Below are positions 38,392 through 51,178 of a DNA stretch of 64,000 bases, in pieces. The DNA is from Lingula anatina (taxonomy: Eukaryota > Animalia > Brachiopoda), in contig CM120640.1 of the NCBI GenBank assembly GCA_051362555.1, forward strand, positions 42,572,788-42,636,787. Direction: 5' to 3'. Position 1 is the first letter of the stretch. The number at the start of each line of letters is the position of its first letter. Below the pieces are notes generated by a model. That model saw only the letters and a program-made list of their open reading frames with translations, did not search any database and had not been told where the DNA came from. Position numbers and translations under genes: made by a program.

Positions 38392-41300
38392 AGGAAAAAA
38401 TCAATTTATTTATTTTATTTTGGTATGTAGATTGTTATTCTGCATCATTATCCAAATTGCTCTACACTTTCTTACCCTTTTGAGTTGATGCCAAATATTT
38501 GCATGGATAATTTAAGTGTACTCATTTCATATCATACAGTAATATTAATATTTAAGAAAATGTGGCCTCCCTCAGCCCTAAATGATTGTCATTAAAGACT
38601 GGTGTTCAATGAATAATTTGTTTCAAGTATCAGTTATACAGGCAAAGCCGTCTAGAGATGTTTTGTGTGGGTGTTGGTGGTGCACTCAAAGTACCTTGAG
38701 TGCAGCAACTTTGTGGTCTGCCATTTGTTTCTCAGCACTTGCCATTTGTAAGCACTTCTCAATTCCTATTGAACCAGAAGACATAGCCACTATTTCCCTG
38801 CCCAGACAGCGGGTATTCACAGCTAGGGGTGCCAGGCCTTGGTACAGGGTGTGAACTAGCAGAGCATTGCACTCTTTGAGTCAAGAATTACTTGGAGTTA
38901 GACCTAGAGGCCCAGGAAGAAAATGTTTTTATCTTTTGGTGTAGTTTTTGTTTCTGTTTCTGTTGGCTTTTTTCCCCCTTTTTCTTAGGTTTTTAATCGG
39001 GTACAACAACAAGGTGTAGCAACTTCTAATTGTACCTGATTACCCCTTGAAATGAATGACAAGAACCTGAAGAAAGTAAAAAGAAGTAAAAACTTTCCCA
39101 TATTACAACTTAGTGTAGTGAAAGTGGTCATGAATTCAATTCTTTTTCAATTAAAAAAAAAACTCATTTGATGTGGGGTCATTTATGTGTAGTTCTTAAC
39201 AATGGATTTTATGAATTGTGAATGTTGATGATTTCGTCTCACACCATGTCATCACTTGAACTTTCATATTATTGATCAACCTATCCTACCAAATAATTGT
39301 TTTTGAAACCTGTCATGATGTAACTATTGTTCAAAGGCAGTGAAGGTCTTGTATGCCTTCTTAGAACAATACTGTTGAAAAAAAAAAAACCATTAATAAA
39401 ATTGGTAGTATTCGTAAGGTCTCCTGAAAGGTAATGTTTTATGGCATTAAATTGCACAGTGGCCTTGTCAACATTTTGTGAAGTTTTTATAAACCCTTTA
39501 ATGAATTTTTGAAACAGTTGAATGATCAAAAGATTCTGTGAAGAAAATATTTTTGTTATTTTGCCTTTCAGAAGACTTCTCTGAATACCTTGAATGCAGC
39601 AGAAAAAAGATTGCTGTGGCATATTCAAGGAACTTCAAACAAATTTGATAAAGCAGTGTTAGTTAAGTTGCATTAGATCACATCTAAGTGTTTCTTTACT
39701 GTGTTTGTAATCATTAAAAAGATTGATATTAATCCATAGTTGAATGAGCCTGCCAATATAGTGCTTCTCCCTCAGAAAAAAAGGAAATTAGAAGCAACGG
39801 TGCATGAAAGTCAATGACCCAAAAATGGTTAGAATTCTTACAACTCCTGTAAAATATGTTGTCTTTTTATATAATCATGTACATGTTATACTTCATGTAA
39901 GTTTGGTATTTTAGTTTACAATCCTTAGTTTTGGTTTATTACAACTGCCATCATATCATTTATACAATGTGGAGAACTTCCTGTCAGGTATTTTAGTTTT
40001 TTTTTTCTCTTTGTCCAATGAGGTTATCAGAATTGTTTCATCATGCTGAAAGAGCCATTATGGTAATAAATCTTTCTTCTGTTGCATTAATCACACATTT
40101 TGGCACATATATTGCATTAGATATGTACTTTTATGTCTGCTTTATAACCTCAACAATAGAACATAACCATTAATAGAAATGAAGAATCACAGAATAAACG
40201 GTCTTCTTTGGCTTACTTTTTATATAAAGGTGATGTCATAAGAAGAAGATATTGAGCTTAATAAGTCGAGAAAAGATCATATTATAAGCTTTATAGCAAA
40301 TGTACTTTTATGAAGGATATTGCTTTATCTTGTTTCCATTTTCAGTTCCTTCTAATCTAAGTAATGGTATAATCATATAATAAGTTGATGACATGTCCAG
40401 TTTTTGTTAATGTCACTGGAACAAGGCTTGTTATTTGACGTGTCTGAAAAACCATTCGTTTCAAAATCTCCTCATCATCAAAACAAGATTAGTGATAATA
40501 AACAGTATTATCAAGAGCTTTCTTGTAACAGAGGACAGACATGACAGTTACATTTTTAAATGTTTTACAGTTTCTGAGGATAAGGATTTAAGCCTGATTT
40601 GAATGATATTCTGTTGTTTCTGCAGTTTTGACTTTGGTCAGAATTATTCTGTTCGATTTTGGAACAATAAGATATTACATATTATTAGTAGAATGCCATC
40701 TGCAATGATAGGGAGATAGTTGTGGCACCAGAAGCCCATTTCCTTCAACTTCTTGTGAGGATCTGTCTCTTTTAGCACATTTCACTTAAACCTCCTTAGA
40801 GTAAATGATGGCAACAGTGTAATGTCACATGTTCTTTAAGAATTCTTTTTTCTGTAACATATATATATATTACATATCCTTTCAAGAAAATTAATAAAAT
40901 TTTACCACATTAAATGCAAAATTTAAAGAAAAATAAATTTAAGGATTCGGTATAGTTAATTACCCTTCACCATAACATCATTTACTTCCAACTAAAAAGC
41001 AAGATAACCTCTTCTGTGTTTTCTGAAGGTGTCAAGTTGTTTATTTGCTGAAGTCTAAAACTGCACTAGTTTTGGTTGGTTAAATTTTGAATTTTTTTCT
41101 GCAAACTTGAATTTGGGACTGCCACGAATTCCCCGATTCCAAGATACAGACAATTAAGGCATAGACTCCTGCCTCATTGCATTTGTTTCTGAAAACACCT
41201 TGAGGGAAGCAGCGTTGCATGCATGATGCACAGAGTTGGGTTTCCAGTTTATTACTCCCTACAGATGGATTTTTTTTTCATCACAAGAACCCTTAAGAAT

Positions 41301-43001
41301 AAACTGTGTCCTGCTTGTGCTTAAAGGGGTCTTTGAGGTCACTTTTTTGAGAGGTTTACAAGATTATCAAGGCTTGTTTCATACTTGGGTGGTAAAAGAG
41401 GCTGTGAAAGAGAGACAAAATGAGAAGTCCTTTCCCTCCCTAATGTAATAGTGGTTCCACACAATTAATAAATGCCAAATAAATCTGATAACTGAAACAA
41501 AAAACATCAAAATTCCTTCTTTTTTTTTCATTTTTTATATATGTATAAATTTACTCCAAGAGAAGTTTGAATACATTTTTTTATTGCACACATGAATCAA
41601 ATATGGGCACAAGAAGTATAATAGCCTTTGATCCTCCCAACAAAATGTCTATTGTTAGTCTACATCAATGAACATGTTTAAGAAACACTAATTCTGATTT
41701 GTTTCTCAGCAACCAATACGTGACCCATGATTTTTGTGAAAACTGTCTGTGTACATGTATTTGATGACTGTGCAGCCTATTTCTTGTACTGTAGGCAGTT
41801 TTATTGTTTCTTGATTAATCGGTTCCTTTCATAAGAATTCTGTTTCTTTGATCTTGTTTGTAGAAGGTATGTGTTGAAAGGTTGGTCAATGAGAAACCAT
41901 AATGGGATTTGACCAAGTTTGACCCAAGTAGGTGTAAGAACCTACCTGTTTTGGTATGAGTAACGGACTGGTTTTGCCACTGACCTTTACATGTTTGATG
42001 ATGTTAGACAAGCGTAATGTGCTGATAGATTTTTTAAATTAAATCATGGGCACTTTCTTCTTCTTTTTTTTTTAAACCATACTGTTCCAAAGAAGATGTA
42101 ATTTATGATATAGCCTTTAGGGCAGTGGGTCTTTGAAGATGGCCCAGAAAATTTGGAAAAAGATGTGAATTTTTCAGAGGTCAGTTGTACTCTAAACTGT
42201 ATCTCTCAATTAAGCTAGTTTTGTTAGCGTTAAGCATTAATCATGTAAAGTGTTCTGGCACTGATGGGTCGGAGGTGTTAAATGTTCAAATGTACATATT
42301 CATCTTTTTTAACCCAGAGAGAAAAGAGTGTGACCAAAGGAACTATTCTGAAATCTTACCAAAATAGAATCTGCCACAGCTTTCAATATAGCTGGTTTGA
42401 ATGTTGAAGAGTGGCTATGAATAGAAGTATAAAGGTCTCTAGTAATTAACGTGTCTGCCAGGATGAGGGAATTCAAAACAAACTTATACATGTATTTCTG
42501 CAAATGATTTTTTTAATGGTTCATGCATTTTTGACCTTGGGGGAATTGTAATAAAACCATTATAATCTTGATCCTTGATGAGCAATATTGGTTTGTTTTT
42601 ATTTTTTTGCCTCCTTTAAGGAATTTGAATTTTACGCATTGATATATCTTTTTAAAAGGACCACCCAGAGAATGTTGTGTACTCCAGCTTAGTTGCTATG
42701 TTATCTTGATCTTTCTGGACAGTTTTTGGCAATGTTGTCCAAAGTTCCAGTGTTTCATGCTGTTAGGCAGATGGTTGGAAAGGCTACTTCCACCAAGTTA
42801 TCATGCAAGAGAGACTTGTCACAAACCATGCTCTAAGCCATATTTTATTCTACAGACTCTCATTTGAGGAAACATTCAACTCCCTTGGAAGCAGTGAAAA
42901 TAGTTCTGACATTTATTTTTCATGAGTTTTGTTACTTTTTGCCAAAAAAAAAAGTGTAGGGTTACTGCAGCTCTTTTACACAACCAAAAGTGGTTTTCTT
43001 A

Positions 43002-43186
43002 GGCAGCATTCAGAACAGCAGACTAACTAATCTACGGATCAAATATGACAGCTCACTCAAAAGCTTTCTGTCTTATCTCCCAATAGACACTGAATACCTT
43101 TCCCACATGGATTAGGCAACAAGCATTCAAGTGGGTTGGCCCTTTTTGATCCACGGACTAGTTAGTCCGCTGTTGTGAATGTGGCC
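43002..43186. mobile_element. Foldback MITE, PIF/Harbinger-like, with TTA target-site duplication
   Basis: TTA|GGCAGCATTCAGAACAGCAGACTAACTAATCTACGGATCAAA...TTTGATCCACGGACTAGTTAGTCCGCTGTTGTGAATGTGGCC|TTA; a 3-bp TTA duplication is characteristic of PIF/Harbinger. Confidence 0.88.
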
Positions 43187-43346
43187 TTAGCTTTATGCAT
43201 TGCAGTTTGGCTTTATTTACTTATGTGTAATATGAAAGTGCTTGGAGATAAAAGGTGTCATCAAAGAACTCTAGTTGTGGTCAACTATGACAATTTTTGT
43301 GATAAAATTTTGTTCAGGAATGAAGTTACACCCCATACCAATTGCT

Positions 43347-43375
43347 ATCTTACCTAAAAATAGAGAGGTGTTAAA
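43347..43375 (-). other. Candidate recursive splice site (acceptor fused to donor)
   Basis: Minus strand TTTAAC-ACCTCTCTATTTTTAG|GTAAGA: branch-like motif, pyrimidine tract, AG immediately followed by a consensus donor. Confidence 0.35.
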
Positions 43376-45213
43376 TTTCCAGTAAAAGCTTTGAGTTCCC
43401 TATGCTTATATACATTGCAATGAGAAATATAAATGCTGATATTTTATATTTTTGAGGGGATTTGTTTTGTTTTAAATCAGCACAAAGATAGACACATTAT
43501 TGAATAACTAGATTCAAGAAAACCCTTATTATCGGTATCTGGAGGATAATAAAGGCTTACAATACCCTGCGTAGATTAAGGTATCTAATAATGCTAAGCA
43601 CTTTTATAAAGGACCCCTGATTTTTTTCTTTACATTTTTTTAATTGATTTTTCTAAAACTTTTGACCTGAAATTGACTTCAACCACAGACCAATAGCTGT
43701 GATTGCTTCTTTTCACAAAAAGTCACAGAACTATTAGCAGAGGATTTAGTGCACATAAGCAAGGGAATCTGTATGTCATTTGAGTCCAAAAACCTTACAT
43801 ATACCCTTGAACCAATCCTTGCATCCAAGCTTGATAAAGTGAACTCTGTGTGACATCCATCAAAACAAAAGATTTGTCATAAACATCAGAGTCTAATAAG
43901 GACTTACAGACAGTGTTCCTATGTGGTTTATGCCCGGACTGTGACATGGCACACCTCTGTAGAGAGGGTTAAGTGTTTGTGGTGATCTTGCAGCCTGTTC
44001 TGTAAAAGGCCTGCTGGTTTCTTGGGGTGAGAGTCAAATAATTTATCTGAGGTCAACAGCTTTAATGTTGCCTTTTTGGTGAACTTAAAATATTTCAAAT
44101 TGCATGCTCAGGTATTTATTATTATTTTTTATACTGTTAATATCTAAAAATATTGTTTTGTTTATAAGATTTACCAAAAAAAATGTGTAATAGCTTGCCA
44201 TTGTATTATCAATTTTTGTACGTCCCTTGAAGCCAAACAAATGATGTCATAGTGGTATAAACAAGTTACTCCCTGGAAACCCATAGCTTTTCCCATAAAC
44301 TGTGCCATAGGCCTGTGTACTTGTTTGTATACACGTTTGTTTGTGTATGCTAATTTTTCTTTGCACTTTTCACCTTTTGTGAGTTCTCTCCTCTAAAGAA
44401 AATAAGCTTGTTAAGTATTCCTTAGGTTTTTGTTTACCATTTGCTATCATTTTTCGTGTGGTAAACTGTTTTTTCCTCTTCATTTACACTTTACTACATC
44501 CATGCATTTGCCATGCAGATCGAAGATTGCTTTTATTTAGTTATCACAAGAACTGGTTGGGGTTGGGTTTTGGAGGTCAACAAGAGATGGAGTGCAACAG
44601 AAGCTTTTGGGCATCATCTAAACGTATTGCCTCTAGGCAACTTAAAAGTACATTTGTAAGTAAAGAGAAGCAGCAACTTAAAAAGTACATGAACGCGTAC
44701 GTCAGTAACAGATAAGGGGAGATTATAGTGATTCTACAGGAGAAAAGATGAAAATTGTAGCTAACACATGCAACCCCATGAAATTACTATGATTGAGTTA
44801 GTGTATATTATGAGAAGGTTTAATGAGACTTGATGTGTTTTGATTACCAAAATGTTGGCAGAATACTTTCAAGTTAAGGGATAGCCAACTGCGATGTTCT
44901 TTGTTGATTTTGGCTCTTGAGGGAAAAAGTTTGTTATGGTTATATCACAGTAGTTGTGATGTTCCTGCTCTGTGCTTTTTTATTATTTGGTTTTGGTTAT
45001 GTGAGATAAAGTTGAATTTACTGTAGCCATAGTATCATGGCTAAAAAAAGGTAAATTGTTTAGTTGTATCCTTTATTTCTATTGACACATGCATAACACC
45101 ATTTGAACCTCCCAATAAAATGTCCACTGTCAGTCAGCATCAGTAAAAAAAGATAAAGTTCTGATTTGTTTCTCCCTAACAAGTATATGATACACGTTTT
45201 TATTTGATTTTAC

Positions 45214-45225
45214 TTTATTTTATTT

Positions 45226-45264
<39 letters not shown>

Positions 45265-45288
45265 TTTTATTTGTTTATTTATTTTTTT
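45214..45288 (+). repeat. (TTTA)n microsatellite
   Basis: Directly visible, slightly imperfect. Confidence 0.92.
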
Positions 45289-45939
45289 GCTACGTGTGTG
45301 AGTCAGTACATTTGCTGTGTGTGGTATATGAACAAGATGCACCCTGTTGAGATGAACAGTGCATTTGTTGAGATTGCACCTCCACTTAATTGTAGCAGGT
45401 GGGCAATGTGGGCACAATCTGCTGAAGGCTTTTCACTGCACTAAATGTGCTCACTGTACTAAATCTGCCCTTAATAGAGTGGAAAGGCCTAATTCTAGCT
45501 TGAAGAAAAGTAAATAGATAAATACGTGAATTTATGATTGAATTAATAGATAGATTAACCTAACGAAATATAGGTGTAAGTGTAGGTGTGAAAAACGAAA
45601 TATCTAGACATGGTGCATCTTGCAAAACATGAGTTCACCATGCATGGATCTTTTGTTCTGGACAACCAGTTATACAACTCAGTTATACAATTTATTTGTT
45701 TGATCCACCACTCCTCAGCTAGGTCCATGAAGTATGAGATATCCACCCTTGTTTAGCATTCATGTACATGTGCCTGTAATCACAAGTAGAGATACCAACG
45801 TCCAAGTTTTGCCTTGTCTTGGGAATGTGTACCACAGTAGTCTTCTAGGGAACTATTCAAAGGCTTTATATTCCTCTACCATATATAATTTCCAAAGGAG
45901 CAATGTTAATGGTTAAAGTGTTGTGCGTAGGTGAAAAAA

Positions 45940-46257
45940 AAATCAGATTTTATCTGAAAGTGTACTTTAAAGAAAGTGCACACCAAGTTTCATGTACTGT
46001 TAGCCAAACAGATAAATCAGAGTCCACAAAGGGCAAACTTGTTTTAAAACACTTTTCATCTGTGGTTTTAAAAATCCCTCATCTAAGAAGAAAATCAAAG
46101 TAGTCCTTTGAGATCTACAATATAAAGGTACAACCCAATGAAGTTTTAGCTCAAACAGATCTACCTTTTGGGGTACATCACAAACAGACATGTGACCAGG
46201 CAGGACAGACAGCAGACTTAGGTACGTACTTTTATCCAGTGCCTGTTCGTCATTAAT
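45940..46257 (-). mobile_element. Possible degraded HINE-like fragment
   Basis: Minus strand has a GTCT/GTCC-rich tract (GTCTGCTGTCTGTCCTGCC) near its 5' end and an ATGAAACTTGGTGTGCA block; ends not resolved. Confidence 0.3.
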
Positions 46258-46328
46258 TGCTGCCATCAGGCAATGTTTTTATCATTCTTGTCCCGGTAGG
46301 GTAACGGCAAAAATGTCACAAGGACGGG

Positions 46329-46437
46329 CTGTCACTTCCAATTTTATGGGCCATGTAATTATTAACTATTGCTCTTATTTGTGATTGATTCCTGTCAACC
46401 ATAAGTAACAAGAAAGAAAAAAATGACATTTTGACAG
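46329..46437. promoter_or_regulatory. Cluster of TALE/Hox-type homeodomain motifs, possible enhancer
   Basis: CTGTCA 46329, TTTTATGG 46342, TAATTATTAA 46356, TGATTGAT 46382, CTGTCA 46392, TGACAG 46432. Motif match only. Confidence 0.3.
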
Positions 46438-48928
46438 ACATTGGTGACTCAGTTTTTGGTGCACACCTGTTCTCTTTATAATGTCTTTGTTTAAATTTAG
46501 CTTAAGATTTTTAAGGGGACTAAAATATTATTTCTAGACACAATTTTCTTATACTTGCATACCATCTTTCTATCAAGTTCCACACTCAGATACAATGCAT
46601 TGATATGTTTTTATGAAAACCAACTTTTTTCTTCACTTGACTTAATCTCTTAATCTGACAAATAGAATCACGGGGATCATTTAAATAGGAACTGAACACA
46701 TGCATTTTGAAGATTTTTTTGTTTATGACTTTTGTGCATGTATTAAAAAGAAATTAACAGTACTTAAGCCAAATCTTTAATTTTTTTACTTTTTACTTTT
46801 AATTACTGTTTCAGTAGGTATAAATATCTTAATCAGCTTGTTTATAAACTATTTATAAATTTTATATGTTGTAAAGTCTACTGAACATTTTATGGATTTT
46901 AGACTCAAAATAAATACATTACTATTATTATTATCATTGTTAAGAGTTACAAAGCTTTCCTTGTCTAATTTTTAGTTATGTACAGTGGTCTTTAGAAATT
47001 ATCAAAGGACATAATATTCCTTCAGGATAAAAGTATTGGATATCAGCAAAAACATGGAAAATTTTTTAAGTCTTAAAAGACAATTTACCCTATGTATGGT
47101 CCCTTTAAATTAAAAATGAAAATACTTACCTGAAATCTATTTGCTGTACATGTATATATTGGACTTTTCCAACCTCCAGCTTGATGGAGCAAGTCCACCT
47201 TTTCAACTATAATATGTAGATTGCTATTTTAAACCTTCTTTTGAATTTTAATTTTCTTACTCCTCAGTTCATCTCTTGAGTGGATGTACTACATGCTTCT
47301 GTATATCAGATCACTGTTGTGAAAGACAACTAACATTATGACTGTCATAGTAGATCTATTGCCTCACTGAAACCTGCACACCCAACTTAAATAGAAGACT
47401 TTCAGCTAAAGTGAAACCTCAGATGATGGTAATTTTCACAATCTGCTGCTTTAAAACAAATGGGTAATGAAAACAGTCTGATGACCTTGCAGCCAATTAA
47501 GATCAGTGGCATTTGCTGTTAGCCTTAATACGGAAGCTGATTGAAATGATGTAATGATTTTTTGCACCATTGCTTGTGATAGTTGGTGATTTGGTTTTGT
47601 TATATGATATATGTTTGTTTTAGCATTATTAGTCATGAAATTCAAGCAAATTGGATTGTCTTTCATATTTCCAAAAAATAGAACTTTATTGGGATGAGAG
47701 AAAAAGAGGATATCAGTAATTCAGAAAGCACTTTGTGTAAAAACAAATTAGGGCTTGAATAGATTAAACATTGGCATAGGTGAAGTGTTTGAAATTTTGT
47801 GAGAAATTTCAGTAAATTAGGGGTCTGGGTAGCTTTAAGCAGGGGCAATTAGTTTCAAAGAACACTCCCATTTTTGGACAAGCTTTTTACTTGGTCAAGA
47901 TGTAAAATTGAGCTAATACAAGAACAACAACAGGTTCAAAAGTTGAAAACTTTTACATTTGAAATTAGCCAAATGTGTTTCATTGTTTAATTTGTGGAAT
48001 CAAAGGACTCGTTTTAAAAGGGGAATAAACTTAATTGTTAAGTTAGGTGGTGATAGTTCTGAAAAAGCTACAAAAGCCTCATTCTCTCATGTGATTCCTC
48101 ATCCAATATCCTCTAATGCCCATTGGCATTAAAACAGGGAATAGAAAAAAACATTTATCTGTCACGTTTTGCAACACTTTGTATAAACATTTTCTGCAAT
48201 TGTAAAAATAAAAGTTCAGCAACGATGATTAGCTTTAATCTGACATTTGGAAAGGCAAAATTAGCTTATAAATAAAGTTCATGCCCTTAGTGGCAAATGT
48301 CCATTTGGGATCTTATCTCATGCTGCCCAATTGAAGATGTTTTTGTTAGAGATATTTGTGTATGTAATAAATTTAGGTGTAACCTTTAACGGAGTTGATT
48401 GCTTTAAGTATTACTTGGCAGATGTCTGTGATTTGGAGCATACAAGTAGTACATCAGGATGAACTAATAAATAAACATCATATGTTTGTTATGTCTAACT
48501 TAAATGGTTTTAGTGGGAAGTTTTTATTGACAAAATAATGGAAGTTCTGGAATCAGTCTTTTTAGTTATTTCAATATGATTTAATGTGTCACATTTAAAA
48601 TTAAAGATTAGATATGTAGTAAAAAATATTGAATAAGATAAATGTGCAAGGAAATTATTTCATAGCAAAAAAAAAAAAAACAAAAAAAAAACATCACAAT
48701 GAACATCTTCCCTGGTAGCTAGACAAATTCAAATTTTAATCTGGAAATGTGTTTGGGTGGAAATTTCGCTGGGGACTTTGGACTTAGTGCATCCATAGGA
48801 GGGAGTACAGGTAGTTAGCCAATTCTGAGAAACTTTTTCCATACTGAACAAATATGTTTCTGAATAACTTCTTCATCATGCATTTGTGGATGGCTGCTAG
48901 TGGTAAACTTACTGTAATAAGTGAACTG

Positions 48929-49106
48929 TTTTTATCACTACCAATGAAGGAGGTTGTTTTCATTGATGTTGGTCTGCCTGTTTGTTTACTAGGTGGATAA
49001 GACATCTCAAGAAGTTCTCTACAAATTTTGATGAAAATTGCAGGATAAAACCACCATTTAAGTTGAACTTCGGCAGAGGTCTGTCCTCACTAGAAGCATT
49101 CTGTTT
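48929..49106 (+). mobile_element. HINE-like interspersed element, family B
   Basis: T-run, ACCAATGAAGGAGGTTGTTTTC, GTCTGCCTGTTTGTTT tract, CTCAAGAAGTT...CAAATTTTGATGAAAATTGCAGGATA, 3' GGCAGAGGTCTGTCCTC...GCATTCTGTTT. Confidence 0.7.
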
Positions 49107-51146
49107 ATTTAAAAACACCTGTAAAACTTTTGGGCTTGTGTGACACTTGGTGTGAAGTCGGTTAAATTTATTTCCAACGTATGTTCAGGTTATCAAATAA
49201 TGATAATAACTAGCAAACAAACATGGGGGGATGTGTTCAGATTCACGTTGCAGCTTGTTTTGATTATACCTTGTTAGAACTAATAGCTCAGCAAGGAAGT
49301 AGCATTTTTCTCGACTTACTTTGAATAAATTTATGTATCACAGCATTAAGTACTAGCATGCTGTGAGGTATTTGAGGTACTAGTTAAGAGATACATTTTG
49401 TGTCAAACCTTTGGCTTTCTGATTATACAGAATTTAGTGCAGTTCAACCCTGGCAGCATTCATAAGCTACAGGTGTATACAGATTCAGCTTATGGTACCT
49501 TATGAATAGCTATAACAAATTACAATTTTGGGAAAGGAAAGTGTACAATATTTTATTTGATAGCCAATTTGTCACCCTTTGGTATACTTATTCTGATTTC
49601 CCTGGTATAGACAGATTGAAATACTGAGTGACTGGGAATAAAGCACCACTCAAAACTTTTTCTGATATTTAAACATGACTGTCCTGGTTTACTGGACAGT
49701 TTCCATGCTCAACACCACTGCTGAACTTCATTACATAGATTATCAGCACTGGAAGGTGTATATTATGAACATGTTACAATGTTAGACAACACATCCTGTG
49801 TGAGCACTGGTTTTAACCCCTGTGCCAAGTTGAGCCGCCACCGGAGATGTAGCTTTGAACAGTAAAGATTAGGTTAAGATCTGGGTGGCCATTCAGGTTC
49901 ACTAGATATTGGTTATAATGCTTTCTTGTACAATGGGCATTGACTTAATTTTATCTTGATAATGGTAGAGGATGATAATACCTCAGAATTATGAATTAAG
50001 TCAAGAAAATGGGTTTTTCCTAGAGTGATACAAGGGGATTCAAGGAAAATTGCATAAGAGACGGTTTCATTAAGAGTAAAATCAACAGCCCAATCCCACC
50101 ATGATAAGAATTAATTTCATGGATTTTTATTTGTATTGGGTGTATGATATTGGATGGAGACATTGCCTGTTTCTGTCTATGCTTTGTTAAAGGCGTCGGC
50201 AACATCCAGACAACTTCATTCCATCCAGAAGACAAGATGGCTAGGACATATTGCACCCATTTTGTGGATTTAACACTTAATTGAACCATGCAATAATTGT
50301 GTTTGCAAAAGTGAACAGCATTTTTGATTCAATCTCAGGCATGCAATTATTGTCTACTTCTCTTCCTACTATGGTTACAGTGCCATATGCTCAGTTCATC
50401 AGTTTTATGAATGATCGCATGATGGATGTATGATGATGGCCAATGATAATTGCCTACTTGGTAAATTATCGGCCATACTTATTGTGTGTCAATTTTGGTT
50501 TCCAACTGGTTCTCTATTGTCAATGTCATGGTAGTCTTCACATGTTTAGGTCCATAATTTGTTCAAGTCTAATTATCATGTACCTTGGATAGAATCCAAA
50601 CTGTAGCATTTCTTTTTGGTCTCACCTCTCTGCCTGTCCCTTGGCATAACAACATTTACAGTTGCTCTGGATCTTTGAATGCAAAATACTCCCAAGCTGT
50701 ATTTTGGAAACAACAACATGAGCATGTTTGGGAAATTCACGAAGCAAATTTTTATAAAAATTTCTATGAAAATGCACAAAAATCAGTTATACAGAATATT
50801 TAAAATGTAGCCATAGGGCTTGCGCTACTTACTCTAAGTCTTGAAATTCATAGCAGATCTTGCATGGCCATGCAGCTGAGTTTGATCTTGTTTCCTCGCC
50901 TTGCTTTCTCTATCTCAGATTTTTATTGAAAGCAGATTACTTGATAGAACATCATTTGACTACTGGTTATTTATTCCATGCCTGGAAAATGTAGAGTACC
51001 TGAAAAAGATTGGGCATGTCATAACTTATCTCTACCCAGGTAGCAGATAAAAGTATGCAATGCAAAAATTATGCCATAAAGATCTCATGGTATCAGCCTC
51101 CACACATTACGTGCCAAGCTTTACCATGCACACCATCCAGTTTACC

Positions 51147-51178
51147 TGGCCGAAATTTTATTCGGCCATTTTCTGGTT
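51147..51178 (+). mobile_element. Orphan Helitron/HINE-like 3' terminus
   Basis: Perfect 8-bp stem TGGCCGAA/TTCGGCCA followed by TTTTCTGG-TT (CTRR-type end). No 5' partner identified. Confidence 0.35.

Noticed and set aside
38582-38860. Open frames on both strands as exon or LINE relic
   Set aside because: Weak splice signals and no recognisable domain; IKDWCSMNNL is too short to assign.
46511-47108. TTAA-GGGGAC ... GTCCCT-TTAA as a Kolobok-like MITE
   Set aside because: Similarity is limited to about 10 terminal bases and does not extend inward.
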